This document shows positions 9,153 through 17,586 of a DNA stretch of 64,000 nucleotides, in pieces. The stretch comes from Candidatus Poseidoniaceae archaeon (GTDB taxonomy: Archaea; Thermoplasmatota; Poseidoniia; Poseidoniales; Poseidoniaceae). The stretch lies in assembly GCA_028356125.1 (NCBI GenBank), contig JAOMTZ010000007.1:1127-65126 (forward strand), written 5' to 3'. The notes beneath the pieces were generated by a model. It was not told the DNA's origin and made no database searches. It saw only the letters and a list, made by a program, of their open reading frames with translations. The position numbers and the translations under genes are program-made. How positions within the stretch are numbered: position 1 is the first letter of the stretch; each line of letters opens with the position of its first letter.

Positions 9153-10118
9153 TGCTTTAGCCATCTCAAGTGCCGATTGCTCTAGCCTTGCTCGAACTAA
9201 GTCTTCTCCGCCTGGGCATGAATCTCTATGCCCACAATTGCTGCAAGTCCTCTTACTAGCAGCCAACGGTATCTGAGATAAATCGCAAGATTTCCCTAAT
9301 CTGTCATGCAATTCAATCATTGCATTCATATCTTTGAGAACCATTTTAGATGAATCTAGTACAAGTTTAGAATTCGCCCTATTGCTCCAAAGATTCCATC
9401 TCCCTCGACTCCAATATAAGTTTTCAACAACGAATCTTTCTGCTTTGTAAGGGAGTCCTTGTTTACCTTCTGCCCAAGTAACCATCGCCATGTTCTCCAA
9501 CATTCGGTCATCGCCCGGGTTAGAAACACCTTGAACTGTAAACCTCATGAGATGACAACTATTTCCTCTGAACCAAACTAAGTCCGGAGCAAGATGCAAT
9601 TGGAATTTATCGAATTTGGATTTCTCCAATCTAGAAAATGTATACCAAACCGATATTCTGCCATCTAAAATCATAGATATCGGTTCTGTTTTCATTGCTG
9701 CATGATAACGATAGCATGCAATTTCAACCAGACGATCAATTTCTGAATTCTTGATTTTACTCCTCAACTGACTTTTACTACCAATTCTTGTTTCTACAAC
9801 CTCAATAACTGATTTTTGTCTAGAAATTGCGCCTATTATTCTATGACGTATCTTTGATGCTAAATCTTTTTCAATCCATACCTTTTGATTAGAATGGCAT
9901 TCTAGTCGATCAATTATGACTCCTCTGAGAGCTCTTTGCATCAGCCTCCAAGGGGTAGACCAATCAGCAATATTTCGCAAGTGCCGGTTAAATGTTCCAC
10001 GATTCTTTGTGAACCCATATTTCAAAATCCATGCTCTAGGGCATTGATTCATCAGCGTTCTTCTGCTAATTGACCAAATTTTTGGTCTGTTCGCCCTCAT
10101 ACTACGATTAGTACTCAT
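9141..10118 (-). CDS. PD-(D/E)XK-superfamily nuclease-like protein with a Cas4/AddB-type Cys4 (Fe-S) signature
   Basis: The N-terminal segment IWSISRRTLMNQCPRAWILKYGF matches the S.S.l....CP motif. The C-terminal CSNCGHRDSC is CxxCxxxxxC. The track start at 10121 is TTG; ATG is at 10118. I could not place the catalytic triad with confidence. Confidence 0.55.
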   Translation of the reverse strand: MSTNRSMRANRPKIWSISRRTLMNQCPRAWILKYGFTKNRGTFNRHLRNIADWSTPWRLMQRALRGVIIDRLECHSNQKVWIEKDLASKIRHRIIGAISRQKSVIEVVETRIGSKSQLRSKIKNSEIDRLVEIACYRYHAAMKTEPISMILDGRISVWYTFSRLEKSKFDKFQLHLAPDLVWFRGNSCHLMRFTVQGVSNPGDDRMLENMAMVTWAEGKQGLPYKAERFVVENLYWSRGRWNLWSNRANSKLVLDSSKMVLKDMNAMIELHDRLGKSCDLSQIPLAASKRTCSNCGHRDSCPGGEDLVRARLEQSALEMAKASKF

Positions 10119-10152
10119 CAAACTAGTGGCATTGCCTCAAGCATTGTCAATC

Positions 10153-10189
10153 CTTTGCATGGGTAGCGTCTAGAATGACCCACGCAAAG
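10153..10189. repeat. imperfect palindromic element, unit 1 (CTTTGCATGGGT N13 ACCCACGCAAAG)
   Basis: The left arm is 10153-10164 and the right arm is 10178-10189. There is one mismatch between an arm and the reverse complement of the other. Confidence 0.7.
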
Positions 10190-10210
10190 TCCATTCAAAC
10201 ATTAATTACA

Positions 10211-10241
10211 TTTGCATGGGTATTCGGCTAGACCCTTGCAA
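10211..10241. repeat. imperfect palindromic element, unit 2 (TTTGCATGGGT N10 ACCCTTGCAA)
   Basis: The 12-mer TTTGCATGGGTA at 10211-10222 is identical to 10154-10165. The inverted partner is at 10232-10241 with one mismatch. Confidence 0.7.
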
Positions 10242-10302
10242 CTTATCCGAATTCAATTATTCGATACAATAGTTTATCCAATCCATGCCATGACCAACCA
10301 TC

Positions 10303-11217
10303 ATGAAGACCGACCGAATCTTTGTTTTACTGCTGGTTGTAATGTTGCCTATGTCTGGATGTTTTGACGGTGCGGTAGGTGATGCCGAAGGAAGCGACGA
10401 ATCCGACGGTAATGGAAATAATGAACTATCAGTCAATCATCCACCGGTAATAAGCGCTGGAATTGAACCTTCGATTATGTATACTGAAGGTGATGATTGT
10501 ACTACGAACGGTATTGAAATTCATGCCCGCCACGCAATGACAGATTGGGACGGGCAGATATCTCAAGCGGGATGGGATGTGGATTTGGATGGAAATATAG
10601 ATTATTTTGTAACTGATTCTGAAGGTCATACTGCGGTCGAAATTCTCTTGGATGATCTGACATACTGGAATTATACATCGGGTAATAATGAGATTTTTGC
10701 TCGTCAAAAGAACATAGTTTTTGGAGCTCAGGACGATTCGGGTCAATGGACTTCAAGTGAAATATTTTTGATTGAAATAGATGAACTATATGTTCACAAT
10801 GGTGTTTACAAAACCAATCTTGATGTCATTCCGTGTGCCGGTTCAGTTAATCCAATGGATTACAATTTTAGCGTAACTGATCACCCCGACGAAATTGACT
10901 CTGGAGGAGATAGGCTAATTCAAATCGAATTTTTAGAAGGAGATTATCCAATTGAATGGGAAAGAATCAAGATTAAACTTGATGGAGATGTTAGTCCACA
11001 GAGGTATTGTACATTGACATATGATTCCTGGTGTAGTATTGAGCTTAGTGATGGTAGCTTACCTTCAACCAACTCATTGAGCATGTCCTGGTACCCCAAT
11101 CAAGTTATTACTATCAAAGAGCAGGTTAATCTTCAAAAAACATCAGGCGAGAGCATGGATGTTGAAATTTGGATTGATGATGTGCTAGTTGATAGTTTGA
11201 CTCTCATTCTTGAATAA
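10303..11217 (+). CDS. predicted secreted lipoprotein, function unknown
   Basis: MKTDRIFVLLLVVMLPMSGCFDG is a signal peptide with a lipobox-like MSGC. The mature part is acidic and beta-rich, and I recognise no family. Confidence 0.6.
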   Translation: MKTDRIFVLLLVVMLPMSGCFDGAVGDAEGSDESDGNGNNELSVNHPPVISAGIEPSIMYTEGDDCTTNGIEIHARHAMTDWDGQISQAGWDVDLDGNIDYFVTDSEGHTAVEILLDDLTYWNYTSGNNEIFARQKNIVFGAQDDSGQWTSSEIFLIEIDELYVHNGVYKTNLDVIPCAGSVNPMDYNFSVTDHPDEIDSGGDRLIQIEFLEGDYPIEWERIKIKLDGDVSPQRYCTLTYDSWCSIELSDGSLPSTNSLSMSWYPNQVITIKEQVNLQKTSGESMDVEIWIDDVLVDSLTLILE

Positions 11218-11262
11218 TTCAAACTCTAAAGCGCTGCAAGAACCCTCTATGTAATACGGGCA

Positions 11263-11284
11263 TTCGTATGGGTACCCATGCAAA
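11263..11284. repeat. palindromic element, unit 3 (TTCGTATGGGT|ACCCATGCAAA, no spacer)
   Basis: It lies between the convergent stops at 11217 and 11307. The right arm is the exact reverse complement of TTTGCATGGGT, and the core ATGGGTACCCAT is a perfect 12-bp palindrome. Confidence 0.7.
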
Positions 11285-11306
11285 GTAAGTACTGCTCGAT
11301 AGCAAA

Positions 11307-12479
11307 TCAAGGTTTGATTGCACGAGCTATCACAATGCGCTGAACTTCTTGGGTTCCTTCGTATATCTGAGTAATCTTAGCATCCCTGAAAAAACGCTCT
11401 ACTGGGAACTCTTTGGTATATCCATATCCACCAAGAACTTGGATTGCTCTTTCTGATACCCACATTGCAGTATCGCCAGCGAATAACTTGGCCATACTCG
11501 CTTCTTTAGTATGACGTGGACCGCCGTTTTCATAGTGCTCTTGCTTGGCCCATGATGCTCTATAGACCAATAGTCTGGCAGCATCTATGCGGGTTGCCAT
11601 GTCTGCCAAGTAGGAGGTAATCATCTGGTGATGAGCGATTGGTTTTCCAAATGCTTCTCTCTCGTGGGCATACTTCAAAGCAGCCTCATATGCACCCTGG
11701 GCAATACCTAGACCTTGTGCCGCTATTCCAATTCTTGAATTGTCTAAAGCGTTCATTGCAATAGCGAATCCCTTACCTGAGCCTTTCAACACATTTTCTA
11801 CAGGAACCTTACAATTTTCAAGAACTAGGGTGCATGTATCTGAAGATCTAATTCCTAACTTATCCTCTTTCTTACCTACAGTAAAGCCTTCAAAGGATTG
11901 TTCGACAATGAATGCAGTAGAACCGCCATGCCTCTTAACACCGTAATCTGGGTGATCTACATCTTTAGCGAATAGAACGTATATCTGGGCTTGGGCGCCG
12001 TTAGTCACCCACATTTTCTCACCGTTTAGGAGATAGTGCTTGCCATCTTCTGATAGTTTAGCCTTACACACCATTGCTGCTGCATCTGTTCCAGCTCCTG
12101 CTTCAGAAAGAGAATATGCGCCAACTTCTCCGGCTGCGAGCCGAGTAAGGTAGTTTGACTTCTGTTCATCATTACCGTGCAGAGCAATAGTCTTCGCACA
12201 AAGTCCAACATGAACACAGTACATTACTGCGAAAGAAGGATCGACTCTAGCCAACTCCTCAATGATAATCGATTCAGAGACGTCATCTACTGGATTACCG
12301 CCATACTCTTCTGGTATTGTAATTCCTTGGAGACCATATTCAATAAACTGCGCCCATTCTTCAGCGGGTGGAATTTGGTTTGCATCCCTGTGTTCAATAG
12401 TCGGAGGAAGCACTGTCTCGGCAAAGTCTCGTACTAGTTCGCGAATCATCTGCTGCTCATCAGTTTCTTCGAAGTGCAT
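11307..12479 (-). CDS. acyl-CoA dehydrogenase
   Basis: FEETDEQQMIRELVRDFAE..., YSLSEAGAGTDAA, WVTNG, and a C-terminal QIYEGTQEVQRIVIAR including the catalytic Glu. ATG 12479 (MHFEETDEQ) is preferred, because the longer track start at 12548 overlaps the divergent gene. Confidence 0.9.
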   Translation of the reverse strand: MHFEETDEQQMIRELVRDFAETVLPPTIEHRDANQIPPAEEWAQFIEYGLQGITIPEEYGGNPVDDVSESIIIEELARVDPSFAVMYCVHVGLCAKTIALHGNDEQKSNYLTRLAAGEVGAYSLSEAGAGTDAAAMVCKAKLSEDGKHYLLNGEKMWVTNGAQAQIYVLFAKDVDHPDYGVKRHGGSTAFIVEQSFEGFTVGKKEDKLGIRSSDTCTLVLENCKVPVENVLKGSGKGFAIAMNALDNSRIGIAAQGLGIAQGAYEAALKYAHEREAFGKPIAHHQMITSYLADMATRIDAARLLVYRASWAKQEHYENGGPRHTKEASMAKLFAGDTAMWVSERAIQVLGGYGYTKEFPVERFFRDAKITQIYEGTQEVQRIVIARAIKP

Positions 12480-12583
12480 GTTGCGGGCCAACGAGTCAAA
12501 GCATTTGAGCCATGCCCCTCTGCAATTCATTTCTAGCAGTGCGTTCATATATTACCGTCCAAACGGCGGACACAGGGATAGCC

Positions 12584-12985
12584 ATGGATGAGGAAGTCAT
12601 GGAATTTGGTATTGCACACAGCCGAAAGTATTCGAGGGACCATCTTTGGTACCAAGAAAAGGATGACCGCTTAGTAATTGGGATCTCGGATTTCCTAGCT
12701 GCGGAGATCGGAGAAGTACTCCGAGTTATCCTTCCGCACGCAGAAACTGAAATCGACGAAGAGATGAATTTGTTCTCAATTTGGACAGCAGAGGAAAAAT
12801 TGACTTTCCCAAGTCCGTTCGCTGGAGAAATTGCAGAAGTCAATGGAGAAGTAGAAATCAATCCAGATTTGGTTAATGATTCACCATATGATTTAGGCTG
12901 GATTATCATTCTGAATCCACACGATGTAGATATGGAAAATCTACTCGAACCGGATGAGTATGTCGATTTCTTGGCGGAATCGTAA
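12584..12985 (+). CDS. glycine-cleavage H-protein-like (lipoyl/biotinyl-fold) protein
   Basis: KYSRDHLWYQEKDDRLVIGISDFLAAEIGEVLRVILP...SPFAGEIAEVNGEVEINPDLVNDSPYDLGWIIIL is colinear with GcvH. ATG 12584 was chosen over track start 12512, which overlaps the divergent ACAD ORF as tracked (start 12548). Confidence 0.7.
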   Translation: MDEEVMEFGIAHSRKYSRDHLWYQEKDDRLVIGISDFLAAEIGEVLRVILPHAETEIDEEMNLFSIWTAEEKLTFPSPFAGEIAEVNGEVEINPDLVNDSPYDLGWIIILNPHDVDMENLLEPDEYVDFLAES

Positions 12986-13034
12986 TTTTATTCGTCCGGC
13001 ACACTCTTGAATAAGTGGCCTGCCAGTGATTAAT

Positions 13035-14141
13035 ATGGACTTAGATCGTCACGACTTCCAACTCGAAGAGTTGATCGACCGCATCAAAGGTCATGATCAC
13101 CGATTAATCGCATTACAAATCCCTGAAGGATTGAAAATGCAAGCATTGGAAATGATGGATGAGATTGAAGATGAAACCTCTGCCAAGGTGATTCTTGCAG
13201 CAGATCCATGCTATGGCGCATGTGACTTGGTCCATGACAAAATGAAAATGATGGGAGTGGAACTTGTTGCACACATGGGACATTCTCAAATGAATATAGA
13301 TTCTGGAATGCCGACTCAATTTATTGACGTCACCTATGACGGTGACCCTGCAATCGATCCGGTCCTTCCGATTCTAGCACAACATAGAGCAGTAGCACAA
13401 TCTAGGCTTGGTCAAAAGGATACATCACATTTGACTGAAGAAGAAGCACAAGAGAAGTTCTTGGATGCGGTTGGGCGGGTTGCACCTCTCAAGGGTGCAA
13501 AATTAGGGCTTGTAGCTTCGATTCAACACCTACACCTTGTCTTCGATTACAAAGAAAGATTCGAAGCAGCAGGATATGAAGTTGAAGTTCCAGTTGGTGG
13601 CGCTAGACTCACCTTCCCTGGTCAAGTTCTAGGATGCAACTATTCGGGTGATGATGATGAAATTGGACACTACCTCTTCCTTGGAAGTGGCGATTTCCAC
13701 CCAATTGGGTTAGCACTTCACACTGGCAAACCACTTGCCATGCTAGATCCTTACACTGGTGATGCAAGCGAGATGGGAACAGAACGTATAGAGCGTATCC
13801 TTAGACAACGATTTGGATTAATTATGGCAATTCAAAATTCTCAGAACTTTGCAATTCTAATTGGTGAGAAACCAGGTCAAATGCGTCGCAGCCTTGCACT
13901 TAAGTTGAAGAGAACTTTAGCAAAGCACGGAAAGAAGGGTTACTTACTAGCCCTTGAACATGTGGGCCCTGAACTGATTGATTTCTATCCAGTTGATGCT
14001 TTTGTAAACACTGCGTGCCCAAGAATTGCGATAGATGATTCTGTCAAATATGCAAAGCCTTTGGTCACTCCTTTCGAACTTGAAGTAGCACTTGGTGAAA
14101 AGAAGTGGGAAACTGGATATCAGTTCGATGAGATACCTTGA
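13035..14141 (+). CDS. dph2: diphthamide biosynthesis enzyme Dph2 (2-(3-amino-3-carboxypropyl)histidine synthase)
   Basis: LIALQIPEGLKMQALEM, ILAADPCYGACD, LVAHMGHS and NTACPRIA (Cys ligands). The track start at 13026 is GTG; ATG is at 13035. Confidence 0.85.
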   Translation: MDLDRHDFQLEELIDRIKGHDHRLIALQIPEGLKMQALEMMDEIEDETSAKVILAADPCYGACDLVHDKMKMMGVELVAHMGHSQMNIDSGMPTQFIDVTYDGDPAIDPVLPILAQHRAVAQSRLGQKDTSHLTEEEAQEKFLDAVGRVAPLKGAKLGLVASIQHLHLVFDYKERFEAAGYEVEVPVGGARLTFPGQVLGCNYSGDDDEIGHYLFLGSGDFHPIGLALHTGKPLAMLDPYTGDASEMGTERIERILRQRFGLIMAIQNSQNFAILIGEKPGQMRRSLALKLKRTLAKHGKKGYLLALEHVGPELIDFYPVDAFVNTACPRIAIDDSVKYAKPLVTPFELEVALGEKKWETGYQFDEIP

Positions 14142-14195
14142 ACGACGATTCTAGGTTGAAAGTTCAATAACCATAGACGATAACCCTCTGAGGTC

Positions 14196-15377
14196 ATGAG
14201 TTCCTATTTGGACCGTATCGGAGCGGGCTTCATTCTCAACAAACCGGAGGTTTTCGGTTTTGATTATGTGCCAGAAATACTTGTTGGAAGGGAAGAATTA
14301 CAGGGGCAACTAGCATCTTTGTTCAGCACAATTGGCCATCCAGAAGGAACAGGAAGAGCGGTCGTAACTGGACCAGTAGGATCTGGTAAAACCGCTTTAG
14401 TAAAGCGTTTTTGTGATGACTTGATAAGACATGTGGCTGATAAGAGAAATATCAAATATGTTCATGTAAATTGCAGGAACGCTTCTACTGCATCTAGAGT
14501 TATGCAAAAAATAGTACAAGACTTAGACCCAGGGCATCCAGATAGAGGACTTGGAGTCGGAGAATTGCTAACCAGTCTTCGAAGAATGCTACAAGGTGAT
14601 AATTCACACATAATCGTGGTACTAGATGAAGTGGACCATCTTCTACGCCATTCTGGCGACGACATCATTTACAAATTAATGCGAATTGATGAAGACGGAA
14701 ATAGAACAGGCACGCTTTCTGCAATTTTGATTAGTCAAGAACAAGTGCTAGATATGTTAGAAAACGCAGTTATCTCAAGGTTGGGTAGGTCAAACCACAT
14801 CAGAGTCCCGCCTTATGATGAAAATGGATTACTGAAAATCGCAACGCAAAGAAGAGACATTGGGCTAGTTGCCGGCACATGTACGGAGGAAATACTGAAT
14901 CTAATATCCCAAGCTGCAGCCCCTTCAGGAGATGCACGTCAGGCGATCGAATTACTCGAAGGGGCCGCCAAGCGTGCCGAATCATCCGGACGTTCATCGA
15001 TCGAATCGAAAGATGTACAGAAAACAGTAATAACTCTCCCTAACAATGTTGATTCAATGAATATTGAAGATATTCCTCCTCATGCAATGTTGGTTCTTTT
15101 AGGATTATGTAGAAGGTTGAAGAAAAAAGAAAATGTTACAAGCGGAGAAGCTGAGAAATTGTATCACGTAGTTTGTGAAGAATATGACCAAGACCCAAAA
15201 GGTCACACCACATTTTGGAAGCACCTCAAGCGTCTGGCGCAAGAAGACATCATTGTTTCCAAGACTGCTAAATCTGATGTTGGCAGAGGGAGAACACAAC
15301 ATATCTCCATGCCGCATATGCTTCCCAGTGATGTGGCTAGACGCTTAGAGACACTGATTCCCTCACGACTGCGCTGA
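14196..15377 (+). CDS. cdc6: Orc1/Cdc6 replication initiator
   Basis: YVPEILVGREELQGQL, Walker A GPVGSGKT, Walker B IIVVLDEVDHL, sensor-2 GDARQAIELLEGA and a C-terminal winged helix. GAGGT lies upstream of the ATG. Confidence 0.93.
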   Translation: MSSYLDRIGAGFILNKPEVFGFDYVPEILVGREELQGQLASLFSTIGHPEGTGRAVVTGPVGSGKTALVKRFCDDLIRHVADKRNIKYVHVNCRNASTASRVMQKIVQDLDPGHPDRGLGVGELLTSLRRMLQGDNSHIIVVLDEVDHLLRHSGDDIIYKLMRIDEDGNRTGTLSAILISQEQVLDMLENAVISRLGRSNHIRVPPYDENGLLKIATQRRDIGLVAGTCTEEILNLISQAAAPSGDARQAIELLEGAAKRAESSGRSSIESKDVQKTVITLPNNVDSMNIEDIPPHAMLVLLGLCRRLKKKENVTSGEAEKLYHVVCEEYDQDPKGHTTFWKHLKRLAQEDIIVSKTAKSDVGRGRTQHISMPHMLPSDVARRLETLIPSRLR

Positions 15378-15452
15378 TAAAACAACAATTATCTTCGCAC
15401 AAAGGGCCTAAATACCCGTCCCATGTCGGCAGGCTGCTCAAGAGTTGATATA

Positions 15453-15935
15453 ATGGCAGACACTACATTCGTCGCAGTAGTCAATGACACAGATTCCGCT
15501 AACAACGGTTCGTCATACAACATGACCGTGAGTGGTAACAATCTCTCACAATTCCTAGGTAAGAAAATAGGAGATGTAGTAGATGGAATCTTTGTAGGAG
15601 AAGGAGAACAGACTCTTGCTGGTTACAAACTTGAAATCACAGGAGGCTCCGACAAGACAGGAACTCCAATGCGTTCAGACCTTAGCGGTGGTAACCGCCA
15701 ATCGATTCTTGTAACCGCTTCAACTGGTTTCAAGGGACACAATCTCGTTCACAAGGCAAAGAAAGGCGAAAAGAAGCGCTTCCGATACAAGCCAGACGGA
15801 ATGCGCAAGCGCAGATATTTCCGTGGAAACACAGTAACTCAAGATACACGCCAGATTAACCTCAAGGTCGTAGAGGCTGCTAACAAGAGCCTCGCAGACA
15901 TCCTCGGAGCAAGTTCAGAGGAGAGCAGTGAGTGA
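15453..15935 (+). CDS. rps6e: 30S ribosomal protein S6e
   Basis: MADTTFVAVVNDTDS...GYKLEITGGSDKTGTPMRSDL...KGEKKRFRYKPDGMRKRR. ATG 15453 gives the canonical N-terminus; the track start is 15423. Confidence 0.9.
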   Translation: MADTTFVAVVNDTDSANNGSSYNMTVSGNNLSQFLGKKIGDVVDGIFVGEGEQTLAGYKLEITGGSDKTGTPMRSDLSGGNRQSILVTASTGFKGHNLVHKAKKGEKKRFRYKPDGMRKRRYFRGNTVTQDTRQINLKVVEAANKSLADILGASSEESSE

Positions 15936-15976
15936 AGCCGCGAGGCTGATCTCTGAGGAACTGGGGTGACGGAAGC

Positions 15977-17215
15977 ATGGTACGCAAGCTTCCTGCACAA
16001 CCTGAAGTCAACATCGGACTAGTTGGTCACGTAGACCATGGTAAAACAACCCTCACACAAGCACTATCTGGAATTTGGACAGATACGCACTCTGAAGAAA
16101 GAAAGCGTGGTATTTCAATCAAGTTAGGATATGCAGATACTGCATTCTACAAGACTGGAGACGGAGAATTCTACGCAACAGGCCGTAGGCCTGGAGGGGG
16201 CAATGATGATGTCACAGAGTTACAGAGAGTTATTTCATTTGTTGACGCACCAGGTCACGAGACACTGATGGCAATCATGATCACTGGTGCAAGTATAATG
16301 GATGGCGCTATGTTGATGGTTGCTGCAAATGAGAAGTGCCCGCAGCCACAAACACGTGAACACCTAATGGCGTTAGAAATTGCAGGCATCGATAATATTG
16401 TAATTGTTCAAAACAAAATCGACTTAGTTACTCGAGAGAGAGCTGTTGAATCTCACAACGAAATTAAGGAGTTCCTAAGCGGAACTATAGCAGAAAGTGC
16501 GCCTATCATCCCTGTTTCCGCTCATCATGATGTTAATCTAGACATACTAATTCAGGCTATTGAAGCCACAATTCCTACTCCCGACCGCTCTGAAGACAAG
16601 CGTGCGATTATGCACGTTGCCCGTTCTTTCGACATTAACAGACCAGGAACAAGGCCTAGTAAGTTGCGAGGAGGAGTCATCGGAGGAAGTATTGTTGAAG
16701 GTGAATTCAACATCGATGATGAAATCGTAATCGGACCAGGAAGGAAAGTTCAGAAGGGAAATAAGTCCCACTATGAGCCAATTCACTCTAAGGTATCCAG
16801 TATGCAAGGCGGAGGATTAAGCCTAGAAAATATGCATGCTGGCGGACTTTGTGGAATGGCTACACCTCTAGACCCAGCAGTTACAACTGCCGATAATCTA
16901 TCTGGGCAAGTCGTTGCAAAGGTAGGAGATCTTCCAGAAATTCGAGAAAAGGTCAACATTTCCGTCAACCTGATGAAGCATATGGTTGCCGGAGAAGGCC
17001 AAGATGCCTCCCCAATAATGCCACTGCGTTCTAATGAAATGCTGATGGTAAATGTTGCAACAGCGACTAGTGTAGGCGTAGTATCTAATTCCGGCAAAGG
17101 TAAAGCAACACTTACTCTGAAGTTACCAATCTGTGCCGACAGTGGACAAAGAATCTCTCTTTCAAGGCGTGTAGGTTCACGCTGGAGATTAATTGGCCAC
17201 GGTACTATCGAGTGA
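15977..17215 (+). CDS. eif2g: translation initiation factor aIF2 gamma subunit
   Basis: QPEVNIGLVGHVDHGKTTLTQALSG, DAPGHE, NKIDL and a zinc-knuckle-region equivalent. The length of 412 aa is typical. Confidence 0.95.
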   Translation: MVRKLPAQPEVNIGLVGHVDHGKTTLTQALSGIWTDTHSEERKRGISIKLGYADTAFYKTGDGEFYATGRRPGGGNDDVTELQRVISFVDAPGHETLMAIMITGASIMDGAMLMVAANEKCPQPQTREHLMALEIAGIDNIVIVQNKIDLVTRERAVESHNEIKEFLSGTIAESAPIIPVSAHHDVNLDILIQAIEATIPTPDRSEDKRAIMHVARSFDINRPGTRPSKLRGGVIGGSIVEGEFNIDDEIVIGPGRKVQKGNKSHYEPIHSKVSSMQGGGLSLENMHAGGLCGMATPLDPAVTTADNLSGQVVAKVGDLPEIREKVNISVNLMKHMVAGEGQDASPIMPLRSNEMLMVNVATATSVGVVSNSGKGKATLTLKLPICADSGQRISLSRRVGSRWRLIGHGTIE

Positions 17216-17220
17216 TATTC

Positions 17221-17583
17221 ATGCACCGAGTTCTGGTTGATGCCTGCGGCTGGGTCGCAGTCATTGAAGCAGGAATTAACATTGACCAAGCATTACTAGA
17301 TTGTGCAGGAACAAAACAACTAGCAATTGTACCGAATGTCATTACTGAACTCAATGCGTTAAACGATCGTAAGTTATTGGTATCAATGCTAAGTTCAAAG
17401 GCTGAAACTATCACTCCTCCTGCAGATTCAGGTAACCATACCGACGACCAACTTCTAGCTATTGCAATACAAAACAAATGGCCAATTCTAACCGTTGATA
17501 CTGAATTGAAAAGACGTTTGTCGCAGTCAAATATTGCATGGATAGAGGTCAGTGGTAACTCTCATCTAAGGCAAGTAGGTTGA
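17221..17583 (+). CDS. PIN-domain protein
   Basis: MHRVLVDACGWVAVIE supplies the first acidic residue, and ...TDDQLLAIAIQNKWPILTVDTELKRRL follows. GTG 17212 overlaps the eif2g stop; ATG is at 17221. A PIN gene directly after aIF2-gamma is a recurrent archaeal arrangement. Confidence 0.7.
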   Translation: MHRVLVDACGWVAVIEAGINIDQALLDCAGTKQLAIVPNVITELNALNDRKLLVSMLSSKAETITPPADSGNHTDDQLLAIAIQNKWPILTVDTELKRRLSQSNIAWIEVSGNSHLRQVG

Positions 17584-17586
17584 CTA

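Noticed and set aside
9141-10118. Cas4-like gene as part of a CRISPR-Cas locus
   Set aside because: No repeat-spacer array and no other cas genes occur anywhere in the 64 kb.
14142-14195. Possible replication origin next to orc1/cdc6
   Set aside because: The gap is only 54 nt upstream and about 75 nt downstream. No ORB-like inverted repeats or extended AT-rich unwinding element are visible.
16783-17289. 168-aa minus-strand ORF
   Set aside because: It is antisense to the strongly supported aIF2-gamma gene, and its composition is typical of a shadow ORF.
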